A DNA stretch of 64,000 nucleotides from NCBI GenBank assembly GCA_910585905.1, contig CAJUID010000013.1, forward strand, positions 807 through 64,806, read 5' to 3'. The notes beneath the pieces are model-generated. The model was not told the DNA's origin and ran no database searches. It saw only the letters and a list, made by a program, of their open reading frames with translations. The DNA comes from an uncultured Lachnospiraceae bacterium (GTDB taxonomy: Bacteria; Bacillota; Clostridia; Lachnospirales; Lachnospiraceae). The position numbers were made by a program, and so were the translations under genes. This document shows positions 27,172 to 36,531 of the stretch, piece by piece. Every line of letters begins with the position of its first letter. The first letter of the stretch is position 1.

Positions 27172-28698
27172 ATGAACAGTATTACTATTGGAATTTTTAT
27201 CGTTATTGTCGTCTATCTTGTGATGATGATAGCGATTGGCATTTTTTATTCCAAAAAGAACAATGACGTAAATGATTTCTACCTGGGCGGCCGCAAATTG
27301 GGTCCTCTGGTAACGGCAATGAGCGCCGAGGCATCTGATATGAGCAGTTATCTTTTAATGGGGCTGCCTGGGCTTGCCTATCTTTCCGGCCTTGCGGATG
27401 TCGGATGGACTGCCATCGGGCTTGCACTGGGAACCTACTTTAACTGGCTTCTGGTGTCAAAACGCCTCCGCCGCTACAGTGCAAAAGCTGGGAATGCAAT
27501 TACCATTCCTGAGTTTTTTTCCAACCGTTACCGCGACAATAGCCGCATGCTTCTGGCAATCTCGGCCATTATTATCGTAATCTTTTTTGTACCATATACT
27601 GGCTCTGGATTTGCTGCCTGTGGAAAACTTTTCTCAACATTGTTTGGAATCCCTTATTTCCCAGCTATGGTAGGCAGTGCGATTATTATCGTTGCTTACA
27701 CAGCACTCGGTGGTTTCCTGGCAGCCAGCACTACCGACCTGATCCAGAGTATTGTTATGACAGCGGCACTAATTATCGTTGCAGTATTCGGTGTATCCGT
27801 TGCAGGCGGTATGGATAATGTGATAAACAATGCCAAGTCTCTTTCTGGATATTTAGGCATGTTTACCACACACGATGCTGTGTCCGGCAGTTCTAACCCT
27901 TACGGCTTCATTACGATTATCTCCACCCTTGCATGGGGCCTGGGCTACTTCGGTATGCCCCATATCCTGCTTCGTTTTATGGGGACGGAAAGCGAAGAAA
28001 AACTTACACTTTCCAGACGGATCGCCACAATCTGGGTTGTTATATCCATGTTCGTTGCTATTTTTATCGGCATCATTGGTTACAGTGTGTCCGTTGCAGG
28101 TAAAATTGATATATTCACTACTTCTGGGGAATCCGAAACTTTGATTATCAAACTTGCTATGCTTTTAAGCAAACACGGTGTGATTGCAATTATTTTAGCT
28201 GGCCTGATCTTAGCCGGAATCCTCGCCTGTACCATGTCTACCTCAGACTCGCAGCTTTTGGCAGCATCTTCCAGCGTATCACAAAACCTGCTGCAAGATG
28301 TACTTCATATCAACCTTTCCAAAAAAGCTTCTATGCTGGCTGCACGTTTGACAGTTGTAGCCATTGCCGTTGTCGGAGTCGTTATAGCAAAAGACCCAGA
28401 CAGTTCTATCTTTAACATTGTTTCCTTTGCCTGGGCAGGCTTTGGCGCTTCCTTTGGCCCTGTTATGGTCTTCGCCCTGTTTTGGAAACGTTCTAACCGA
28501 AATGGCGCATTGGCAGGAATGATCGTTGGCGGCGCTATGGTATTTATCTGGAAATACCTGGTACGGCCTCTCGGCGGAATATTTGATATATATGAACTTC
28601 TTCCAGCGTTTATCTGCGCCAGCATCGCAATTATAGCTGTGAGTCTTCTCTCGGCACCACCTTCTAAAGAAATTATGGATGAATTTGAATCCATTTAA
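27172..28698 (+). CDS. putP: Sodium:proline symporter (SSF family)
   Basis: Polytopic SSF protein whose N-terminus (DFYLGGRKLGP, SAEASDMSSYLLMGLPG) is typical of PutP. Start chosen at MNSITIG, which has a GGAGGA RBS. Confidence 0.85.
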   Translation: MNSITIGIFIVIVVYLVMMIAIGIFYSKKNNDVNDFYLGGRKLGPLVTAMSAEASDMSSYLLMGLPGLAYLSGLADVGWTAIGLALGTYFNWLLVSKRLRRYSAKAGNAITIPEFFSNRYRDNSRMLLAISAIIIVIFFVPYTGSGFAACGKLFSTLFGIPYFPAMVGSAIIIVAYTALGGFLAASTTDLIQSIVMTAALIIVAVFGVSVAGGMDNVINNAKSLSGYLGMFTTHDAVSGSSNPYGFITIISTLAWGLGYFGMPHILLRFMGTESEEKLTLSRRIATIWVVISMFVAIFIGIIGYSVSVAGKIDIFTTSGESETLIIKLAMLLSKHGVIAIILAGLILAGILACTMSTSDSQLLAASSSVSQNLLQDVLHINLSKKASMLAARLTVVAIAVVGVVIAKDPDSSIFNIVSFAWAGFGASFGPVMVFALFWKRSNRNGALAGMIVGGAMVFIWKYLVRPLGGIFDIYELLPAFICASIAIIAVSLLSAPPSKEIMDEFESI

Positions 28699-28734
28699 TA
28701 GCTCTCAAAAGAATAAAAAAGATGAAAAACACAT

Positions 28735-28764
28735 TGGGGCATCCTCCGCTAAGAGGATGCCCCA
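28735..28764. terminator. Bidirectional terminator between putP and the MraY-like gene
   Basis: 12-bp perfect stem TGGGGCATCCTC/GAGGATGCCCCA. Confidence 0.7.
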
Positions 28765-28794
28765 TTATAAATGTCTTTTTGTAGGAAATAATAT

Positions 28795-29736
28795 TTAATC
28801 TACTATCAGATACGCAATCATAACAACCAAAATCTGAATGATCGCAAACCGAAACACTACCTGTGTATCTGACCAGCCTTTTCCCTTTCTGGCATGGTCA
28901 TGAAGCGGTGTCCTTGTATTCTTTAAAATCGCTATCTTCAAAAATCGAAGTAAAAAAATCTTAACCAGCCCAATTCCTCCATCCACAACCAATACGGCAG
29001 CAAGAAGAAGAAAAATAAATGGATGCCCTGTTTTCATTGCTATCACGGCAATATAAAAGCCTAGTGCCCTCGAGCCTGCATCTCCCATTAACATACTGCT
29101 TGGCTTTGAATTAAAACACAAATACGCCAAAAGGACAGCTACAAAAATTAGGCAGGATGCCCCATATTTCCCAAGGCTTTCTGGAAAAAGCACAGCAAAC
29201 GATGTCAAAGTTACACAGCAAAGACTGGCACAAAGCCCGTCTACGCCGTCTGAACAATTTGTAACATTAATGGATACCCACAGAAGGATAACGCCAAGCA
29301 CAAAATAAAGCGGCGCTGGTATTTCCCATTTATACATGCCAAATTGGATAACTGTAGAATTATAATTCATAAAGTTCCACATTGTAAGAAGGGATAACAT
29401 TAAATCAATCGCACCCTTCTTATAGTCGCTCCACGGATTTTTGGCAGCATCATCAAGATATCCGCTTAACATCATTGCAAACAACAGAATACAATACACT
29501 ATGTACTCCCTTGTAACCGGAAGAAACAACAGGGTTGAGATAATAAAAACCGTTGTCAGAATCAACCCCACGCCCCGGATTTTCCCTTTTGACAGGGCGC
29601 CGTTGACCGCAAACTCCCTGCCCTGGTCTTTTGGCAAGAAAGAAAATGGAAAACGTAAACAGAAAAAAGTAAGAATAAATGCAAACAGAACGCCCATCAT
29701 GGCAATCTGGTTGGATGGCATATATTGATATAGCAT
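28795..29736 (-). CDS. MraY-like polyprenyl-phosphate phospho-sugar transferase (glycosyltransferase family 4), divergent
   Basis: GYLDD, NCSDGVDGL, MGDAGSRALG and PLHDH motifs align with the MraY signatures GFxDD, NxTDGLDGL, MGDTGSLxLG and PxHHH. The gene is outside any dcw cluster. Confidence 0.7.
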   Translation of the reverse strand: MLYQYMPSNQIAMMGVLFAFILTFFCLRFPFSFLPKDQGREFAVNGALSKGKIRGVGLILTTVFIISTLLFLPVTREYIVYCILLFAMMLSGYLDDAAKNPWSDYKKGAIDLMLSLLTMWNFMNYNSTVIQFGMYKWEIPAPLYFVLGVILLWVSINVTNCSDGVDGLCASLCCVTLTSFAVLFPESLGKYGASCLIFVAVLLAYLCFNSKPSSMLMGDAGSRALGFYIAVIAMKTGHPFIFLLLAAVLVVDGGIGLVKIFLLRFLKIAILKNTRTPLHDHARKGKGWSDTQVVFRFAIIQILVVMIAYLIVD

Positions 29737-29850
29737 CTGCCTTCTCCTCCTTCGTCACAATTTTTTAACCACATCAAAGTATAACCCTCGCCTATTATAA
29801 CATATTTTAAGAGTGCTGCACATATGATTTCTGGCTTTTCATTCTTCATT

Positions 29851-30825
29851 TTACCCGCAATTCCTTCCCGCTTCCTCACACAAAGCACAAAGCCCTTCAT
29901 AAGTTTCCACCTCATTTACCCTGCGGCGGATTCCAGCAGAATTTTTGTATCCTGCCGTATACCATGCGACATGCTTACGCATCTCCCGCATTCCCATCAA
30001 CTCTCCCTTAAAATCCATCAACATTTTCCCATGCCGGAGAATCATGGCAAGCACCTCTTCAAACTCTGGTTTCTTCTCATAAATACCACTCCTGTGCCAT
30101 GTTTTAATCTGACGGAACAGCCAAGGATTGCCTCTTGCCCCCCTCGCAAGCATCAACCCGTCACAGCCCGTCTCATTCTCACATCGCACAGCATCCTCCA
30201 CGGTAAAGATATCCCCGCTTGCAAAAACCGGGATAGAAACCGCCCTCTTTACCTTTGTAATAATCTCCCAATCCGCCTTGCCATTATAATACTCCTCCCT
30301 TGTGCGCCCGTGAACCGCTATCGCTGCCGCCCCACTATCTTCCATGCGCTTTGCAAACTCTATGGCATTCACCATTCCTTCGTGAAATCCCTTGCGAAAC
30401 TTTACTGTAACTGGTTTCTGAATTCTCTGGGAAATGCTTTTTACAATCTTTCCGGCAAGCTCAGGGTTCTTCATTAGGGCAGACCCCTCGCCATTGTTCA
30501 CCACCTTTGGCACTGGACAGCCCATATTTATGTCCAATATATCAAAATTCCTTTCCTCAATCTCTGCAGCCATATCTGCCATCAATTCCGGCTCCGAGCC
30601 AAAAAGCTGCAAAGCCACTGGCCTTTCTGCCTCAGCAATCTCCCATAGCTTTTCCGTATTTTTGTTATGGTAATAGATGCCCTTGGCGCTAATCATTTCC
30701 GTATAAACCAGGTCGGCGCCCTGCTCCTTACATAATACGCGAAATGGCAGGTCTGTTACCCCTGCCATTGGTGCCAATATTAAATTTCCGGCTAACTCTA
30801 CATTTCCTATCTTAATCTTTTTCAT
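29851..30825 (-). CDS. dusB: tRNA-dihydrouridine synthase
   Basis: LAPMAGVTD, DINMGCP and HGRTR motifs. Start chosen at MKKIKIG, which has an AGGAAA RBS. Confidence 0.9.
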   Translation of the reverse strand: MKKIKIGNVELAGNLILAPMAGVTDLPFRVLCKEQGADLVYTEMISAKGIYYHNKNTEKLWEIAEAERPVALQLFGSEPELMADMAAEIEERNFDILDINMGCPVPKVVNNGEGSALMKNPELAGKIVKSISQRIQKPVTVKFRKGFHEGMVNAIEFAKRMEDSGAAAIAVHGRTREEYYNGKADWEIITKVKRAVSIPVFASGDIFTVEDAVRCENETGCDGLMLARGARGNPWLFRQIKTWHRSGIYEKKPEFEEVLAMILRHGKMLMDFKGELMGMREMRKHVAWYTAGYKNSAGIRRRVNEVETYEGLCALCEEAGRNCG

Positions 30826-30835
30826 ACACAATTTC

Positions 30836-31621
30836 CTATCCCACACTGCGTTCATGCCGCTGCTTCTGGTAAATATACAATAACCCCTTTAAGGTCAGGT
30901 CCGCGTCATATATCTGAATCTCATCGGTATTCTCAGAAACAATTTTTCCAAGGCCGCCCGTCGCCACAACCTTTGCATCTGGAAGTCCTGCTTCTTTCTT
31001 AATTTTTCGGATAATATATTCTGTCTGTCCCAGAGTACCATAAAAAAGCCCTGCCTGCATTGAAGAAATCGTCTCCTTTGCGATTGCGCTCCCCGGACAT
31101 TTAATCTCGATTTCCGGTAAATTTGCTGTATTATTCCACAGAGCATTTGCCGAAATTCGGATTCCCGGACTTATGACCCCACCCTGAAATGTCCCGTCCT
31201 CTGTTACCAGATCATATGTAGTGGCTGTACCAAAATCCGCCACAATTACCGGCCCACCATATTGTTCATATGCACTGACTGCATCAACAATCCTGTCTGG
31301 GCCTATTTCCTTCGGATTTATTGTATTGATCCGTATCCCGGTCTTTGTTCCAGCCCCCACGACAACCGGCTGGCAATGAAGATATTTAATAATTCCGCTT
31401 GTAAATGAATACATCATCTTTGGCACTACCGAGGCAATGATTACTTCCTTAATCCGATCTGGCAGAAAGCCCTTCTGCGCTAATATACTGCAAAGCAGCT
31501 CCCCATATTCATCCGAGGTACGGGATACCGTTACCGTAAAGCGAAATCTCGTTACCAGTTCATTCCCATCAAATACTCCAAAAGAAATATCTGTATTCCC
31601 TACATCTACTGCCAATAACAT
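30836..31621 (-). CDS. coaX: Type III pantothenate kinase
   Basis: [16 protein letters not shown] and ATGG motifs in a 261-aa protein. Confidence 0.9.
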   Translation of the reverse strand: MLLAVDVGNTDISFGVFDGNELVTRFRFTVTVSRTSDEYGELLCSILAQKGFLPDRIKEVIIASVVPKMMYSFTSGIIKYLHCQPVVVGAGTKTGIRINTINPKEIGPDRIVDAVSAYEQYGGPVIVADFGTATTYDLVTEDGTFQGGVISPGIRISANALWNNTANLPEIEIKCPGSAIAKETISSMQAGLFYGTLGQTEYIIRKIKKEAGLPDAKVVATGGLGKIVSENTDEIQIYDADLTLKGLLYIYQKQRHERSVG

Positions 31622-31704
31622 GTTAAATTTCCTCTCATTCTTTTCCGTATATGCGGTGTTTCATAACTATTTTCAAATAATCAATCATAAGCCATTGTTC
31701 AAAT

Positions 31705-31759
31705 TTATTCTCGCGTATGCAACGAGCCAAACGCAATGCTTGCAAGGAACTGAAAGTTC
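31705..31759 (-). repeat. Copy B of the 55-nt interspersed repeat, inverted relative to copy A
   Basis: Its reverse complement matches 1995..2049 at 49 of 55 positions. Confidence 0.8.
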
Positions 31760-31784
31760 CTTTGCATTTGGCGACTGCGCGCGG

Positions 31785-31861
31785 GTCAAATACCCCGCCC
31801 CTCTGGGGCGAAATTAGAGAAACTAGGGCATGCCCCGTTGCTCTGCAGCGGGGTATTTGAC
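31785..31861. repeat. Structured 77-nt palindromic element, the core of an interspersed repeat family
   Basis: Perfect 14-nt terminal inverted repeats GTCAAATACCCCGC / GCGGGGTATTTGAC. Inside are the hairpin CGCCCC-tct-GGGGCG and the 10-bp palindrome GGGCATGCCC. Confidence 0.8.
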
Positions 31862-31873
31862 TACAAACAGCCC

Positions 31874-32245
31874 CTATTCCCGCTCTCCAAGAAGATCACT
31901 AATATCTTCTTGCAAAAACTTTGCCTTATAATATAATTCCAGAGCCTCCAAAAGTTCTCTTTTCTCTGCCTGTATCTGCTTAATCTTTAATACGCTGCCA
32001 ATTTCATCAAATAAAAGGTCATTCTCCCTCGCTGTCACATGCAGCAGCAAGTTCCCACAATCATCAAAATGCAATGTCAGAATTCCGCCTATCTCTGCTG
32101 TATACAACACACACATAATCTGCAATTCTTCCTGTATCGAGACTGGCAGACCAGAAAAATCGGGATTTAGATAATATTTTTCCTCATAGGCACTTGCCGC
32201 GCACAATATAACTCCCTGTACGGCCATTCCATCAAACATATCCAT
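31874..32245 (-). CDS. Hypothetical protein, conserved-looking and co-transcribed with birA
   Basis: 123-aa ORF that overlaps the birA stop by 14 nt. I recognise no motif. Confidence 0.5.
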   Translation of the reverse strand: MDMFDGMAVQGVILCAASAYEEKYYLNPDFSGLPVSIQEELQIMCVLYTAEIGGILTLHFDDCGNLLLHVTARENDLLFDEIGSVLKIKQIQAEKRELLEALELYYKAKFLQEDISDLLGERE

Positions 32246-33233
32246 ATACCCCCCTTACCGACACCTCACCTGAGACAATCCGCTTTAATCTGCCATCAAT
32301 TTCAACAAGCAAAGCGCCATCCCGGTCAATTCCTCTGGCAATCCCCCGGTCCATATTCTCTGGGGAAGACTGCTCTACCATTCCATAATATACGCAAACC
32401 TCCTGATCACGGTTTGCCAGCACAGCATTATATTCCTCCACAAAAGCGGACAAATCCTGCTCCTTTACAAATTGTTCATAGTAACTACAAAAAATATGGA
32501 TCATATCGGCAATCAACTCAGAACGGTCTATTTTTTTCCCTGTTTGAAGGAAAATAGAGGTCGCTGTCTCCTCAATTTCTTTTGGAAAGGAGGCCGTGTT
32601 TGCATTAATCCCTATGCCTGTCACCACATAATGTACATAATTCTCCTCAGAACTCATCTCCGTAAGTATACCACAAATCTTCTTTTTGGCAAGAATAACA
32701 TCATTCGGCCATTTAATTTCTGCCTGTACACCATACAGCTCACGAATCGCCTTTGTTAAAGCCAGCGCTGAAAGCAAGGTAATACCAGAAACCTTTACCG
32801 GCGGAAGTTCTGGACGCAGAAGCAGCGTCATCCATATCCCAACTCCAGGTTCCGAATTCCAGTTTCTTCCTCTGCGCCCCTTCCCGGCAGTCTGCGTCTC
32901 TGCTATGACCAGTGTGCCCTCCGGCCCGCCAAACTCTGCTAGCTGTTTTGCCTTTGTATTAGTGGAATCCAATGTATCAAAACATTCTACCTTCTGGCAC
33001 AGACAGCCCTCTGGCAGACGGCTTAGGATATCTGGTGCGTATAGCCTGGATGGAGAATTTAAAAGCCGATATCCCTTATTTGTCACAGACTCTATTTCAT
33101 AGCCATTCTCCTTTAAGGCAGTTATATTTTTCCATACCGCCTGCCTGGACACCCCAAACTGGCTGCACAAAAAAGCGCCAGATACAAATCCATCTCCATG
33201 TTCCCTAAGCGCCCTAAGTATCTTCTCCTTCAT
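32232..33233 (-). CDS. birA: Bifunctional biotin-[acetyl-CoA-carboxylase] ligase / biotin operon repressor
   Basis: N-terminal winged HTH (FVSGAFLCSQFGVSRQAVWKNI) and the GKGRRGRNW biotin-binding loop. Confidence 0.9.
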   Translation of the reverse strand: MKEKILRALREHGDGFVSGAFLCSQFGVSRQAVWKNITALKENGYEIESVTNKGYRLLNSPSRLYAPDILSRLPEGCLCQKVECFDTLDSTNTKAKQLAEFGGPEGTLVIAETQTAGKGRRGRNWNSEPGVGIWMTLLLRPELPPVKVSGITLLSALALTKAIRELYGVQAEIKWPNDVILAKKKICGILTEMSSEENYVHYVVTGIGINANTASFPKEIEETATSIFLQTGKKIDRSELIADMIHIFCSYYEQFVKEQDLSAFVEEYNAVLANRDQEVCVYYGMVEQSSPENMDRGIARGIDRDGALLVEIDGRLKRIVSGEVSVRGVYGYV

Positions 33234-33236
33234 TGT

Positions 33237-34226
33237 CTAATATCCCAAAGTCGCTGCCATCACAGCCTTTATTGTATGCATTCTATTTTCTGCCTCATCA
33301 AATACTACAGATTGCGCAGACTCAAATACTTCATCTGTTACTTCAAGTTCCTTCATGCCAAACTTATCAAAAACTTCCTGTCCGATTTTAGTCTTTAAAT
33401 CATGAAATGCTGGGAGACAATGAGTAAAAATAGCCGTTTCCTTTGCATTTTCCATAACTTTCTTATTTACCTGATAAGGGGACAATACCTTAATACGCTC
33501 CGCCCAGACTTCTTCTGGTTCTCCCATGGACACCCAGACATCTGTATAGATCACATCTGCATCCTTCGTTCCGCTCATCACATCTTCTGTCAAGGTAATT
33601 GAGCCTCCAGAAGCCTTTGCATATTCCTGGCACTGCTCTACAAGGCCAGAAGACGGAAAATATTCTTTTGCTGTACATGCAGTGAATTCCATACCCATTT
33701 TCGCGCAGGCAATCATCAAAGAATTTCCCATATTATAGCGCGCATCTCCCATATAAACCAGTTTGATTCCTTTCCATTTGCCCAGGTGCTCGCGGATTGT
33801 TAATAATGTCGCAAGCATCTGTGTTGGATGATATTCATTGGTCAGCCCATTCCATACCGGCACCCCTGCATGCTTGGCAAGCTCCTCTACAATCTCCTGC
33901 CCAAAACCGCGGTACTCAATTCCATCAAACATACGCCCCAGAACTCTTGCCGTGTCTGCAATGCTCTCTTTCTTTCCAATCTGTGAACCAGTAGAATCAA
34001 GATAAGTCGTCCCCATCCCCATATCATGGGCAGCCACTTCAAAAGAACAGCGGGTACGGGTACTTGTCTTTTCAAAAATTAGCGCCACATTTTTACCTAC
34101 ATAGTGATTAACTAACTCGCCGTTTTTTTTCTTCTCCTTTAGCTCTGCCGCAAGATCAACCAGATATGTAATCTCTTCCGGTGTAAAATCTTTTAATGTC
34201 AAAAAATTACGTCCTTTTAAATCCAT
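33237..34226 (-). CDS. argF: Ornithine carbamoyltransferase
   Basis: STRTR, HPTQ and HCLP motifs. Start chosen at [10 protein letters not shown] putrescine carbamoyltransferase cannot be excluded by eye. Confidence 0.82.
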   Translation of the reverse strand: MDLKGRNFLTLKDFTPEEITYLVDLAAELKEKKKNGELVNHYVGKNVALIFEKTSTRTRCSFEVAAHDMGMGTTYLDSTGSQIGKKESIADTARVLGRMFDGIEYRGFGQEIVEELAKHAGVPVWNGLTNEYHPTQMLATLLTIREHLGKWKGIKLVYMGDARYNMGNSLMIACAKMGMEFTACTAKEYFPSSGLVEQCQEYAKASGGSITLTEDVMSGTKDADVIYTDVWVSMGEPEEVWAERIKVLSPYQVNKKVMENAKETAIFTHCLPAFHDLKTKIGQEVFDKFGMKELEVTDEVFESAQSVVFDEAENRMHTIKAVMAATLGY

Positions 34227-34391
34227 CTGTGCCATCCTTTCCCATCTAAGACACTGCCGCTTAAACATGCGCCTCACACGCCTTATATCGTAGACAGTTC
34301 TCCCAAAATCTAACAGCCCCCGAATATCCTTTCAGACATCCGGGGCCTGTATCCTTCTTACTAAGATATTATTCCTTCCAAGCCATTTTGA

Positions 34392-35306
34392 CTATTTTGC
34401 AACCTCTTTCACTGTTGTAACCAACCCCGCCAATGACTGTAATTCTGACGGAATAATAATCTTTGTTGCCTTTCCGTCCGCAGCAGCCTCAAATGCCTCA
34501 AGACTCTTTAACTTAATTACCTCATTTGATGCACCGGCCTCATTCAACATACGAATACCATCAGCCTTTGCCTTCTGTACTGCCAGGATTGCCTGTGCCT
34601 GACCCTCTGCCTCGCGGATAGTTGCCTCTTTTGTAGCCTCCGCCTTCAAGATCGCAGCAGCCTTATCTGCTTCCGCATCCAAGATCGCTGCTTCCTTCTT
34701 ACCCTGAGCTACCAAAATCGCAGATTCCTTTTCACCCTGTGAACGGAGAATGGATTCTCTCTTCTCACGCTCTGCCTTCATCTGCTTCTCCATCGCATCA
34801 CGGATTGCTGCAGGCGGGATGATATTCTTAAGCTCAACTCTGTTCACCTTAATTCCCCATGGATCTGTTGCAGAATCCAAGGAGGCACGCATCTTTGTAT
34901 TAATCGTCTCCCTTGATGTCAGCGTCTCGTCTAACTCCAGCTCACCAATCACATTACGGAGCGTAGTCGCTGACAGATTTTCGATTGCTATAATTGGATT
35001 TTCTACACCATAAGCATAGAGTTTAGGATCCGTTATCTGAAAAAAGATAACCGTATCAATCTGCATCGTAACATTATCCTTTGTGATAACCGGCTGCGGT
35101 GCAAAGTCCACAACCTGCTCCTTCAAGATAACACGCTTTGCCACGCGGTCAATTAGCGGCATCTTAAAATGAATGCCAACCCCCCACGTTGTCTGGTAAC
35201 CGCCGAGGCGCTCCACCACATATGCCTTTGCCTGTGGCACTACATTAATACATGATAATATAATGATAACAATAATTACTAAAAATGCGATTACTACTAC
35301 TGGCAT
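34392..35306 (-). CDS. SPFH/Band 7 (stomatin-like) membrane protein
   Basis: N-terminal TM helix, an SPFH core and an Ala/Glu/Lys-rich coiled-coil C-terminus. It is paired with NfeD. GGAGG RBS before MPVVV. Confidence 0.85.
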   Translation of the reverse strand: MPVVVIAFLVIIVIIILSCINVVPQAKAYVVERLGGYQTTWGVGIHFKMPLIDRVAKRVILKEQVVDFAPQPVITKDNVTMQIDTVIFFQITDPKLYAYGVENPIIAIENLSATTLRNVIGELELDETLTSRETINTKMRASLDSATDPWGIKVNRVELKNIIPPAAIRDAMEKQMKAEREKRESILRSQGEKESAILVAQGKKEAAILDAEADKAAAILKAEATKEATIREAEGQAQAILAVQKAKADGIRMLNEAGASNEVIKLKSLEAFEAAADGKATKIIIPSELQSLAGLVTTVKEVAK

Positions 35307-35308
35307 TT

Positions 35309-35740
35309 TTACCTCCATTCCTGCACAACTAAATGTGCTCCCTTTATTTCCATAACTTCTACCTTAGTTTCTACTGGGATTTTGCCTTCCTGCGACACAC
35401 TTCTGGCTGTCCACTCCATCCCATTTAACATTACTCTTCCAGTCTGATTGAAATTATCAATTTCCTCAATCACTTTTCCATGTTTTCCAACCAAACTGTC
35501 AACATTTGTCTTTTCCCGGTTATTGTTTAGATGTTTCTCCACAATCGGCCTCGTAAAAATCAATAGGACGATTGAAACCGCCAAAAACAATATAATTTGT
35601 ATCCACAGCGGTGCCTGGCACATACCTGCAAGAAATGCCACGAAAGCACCACCTGCAAACCAGATTGTGGTAAGTCCAAGTGTCAGAATCTCCAGCACTA
35701 GCAGAACCGCTACAACAATCAACCAATACACTGGCTGCAT
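35309..35740 (-). CDS. NfeD family membrane protein
   Basis: Two or three TM helices plus a C-terminal OB-fold-like soluble domain, immediately upstream of the SPFH gene. Confidence 0.8.
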   Translation of the reverse strand: MQPVYWLIVVAVLLVLEILTLGLTTIWFAGGAFVAFLAGMCQAPLWIQIILFLAVSIVLLIFTRPIVEKHLNNNREKTNVDSLVGKHGKVIEEIDNFNQTGRVMLNGMEWTARSVSQEGKIPVETKVEVMEIKGAHLVVQEWR

Positions 35741-35862
35741 TCTCATCCCTCCTTGTATACAATTTGTCAAAATTATAGACTATTTATTCATAAAATACAA
35801 GGTTAATTACATTTTTTCCGTTTAATCCACTTTAAGAAGCTTCTATTCAAGAATAATCTACT

Positions 35863-36531
35863 TTAAGAATGTTTTAACTCTTTTTCAAATAGGGATAACA
35901 TAGAAAGCTGCTGTTCACTCTGGATTGTCTTAATCTGATCCAGTCCCATCTTAAAGACCTTCCTATGTATTACCCTCTGAAATGCTAAAAATACTTTCAT
36001 ATCGTAATCTGCCACTTCATCAATCATTATCTCCAATGCCGACTTTGGGTCAAATGCATTGCGGTAACTTCTGTCAGCAGTCAACGCAGCAAACACATCA
36101 CATACCCTAAGAATCCTTGCCATCCATGGAATGCCTTCCCCACGGAGATTATTAGGATACCCACTGCCGTCATAATTCTCATGATGATGCAATATGCCAA
36201 GTGCAATTTCTCCGCTAAATCCAGCCCGTTTGATAATTTCATAGCTCTGAACCGAATGCTGCCTGACATACTTTAGCTGCTCCACTAAAAGCCCATCCTC
36301 CGCATACAGATATTTTGTTAATTTTAACTTACCAATATCATGAAGAATCCCAGCAGCAGCAATATCCTCTAGGAACCCATCAGACTCCTTTAATTCTCCG
36401 GCAAGCATCACTGCCAGATTGCTCACCTCTATCCCATGGCACATCTCATCGCAAACTGTCTTCCTGATATGAAGCGGTATCTGCTCCATTGCCATTACAT
36501 TTTCGATATAATCTTCCATCTCTAACTCCAA
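35863..36531 (-). CDS. HD-GYP domain protein (putative cyclic-di-nucleotide phosphodiesterase)
   Basis: HDIGKL and HHHENYDGSGYP motifs. Confidence 0.82.
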   Translation of the reverse strand: MELEMEDYIENVMAMEQIPLHIRKTVCDEMCHGIEVSNLAVMLAGELKESDGFLEDIAAAGILHDIGKLKLTKYLYAEDGLLVEQLKYVRQHSVQSYEIIKRAGFSGEIALGILHHHENYDGSGYPNNLRGEGIPWMARILRVCDVFAALTADRSYRNAFDPKSALEIMIDEVADYDMKVFLAFQRVIHRKVFKMGLDQIKTIQSEQQLSMLSLFEKELKHS

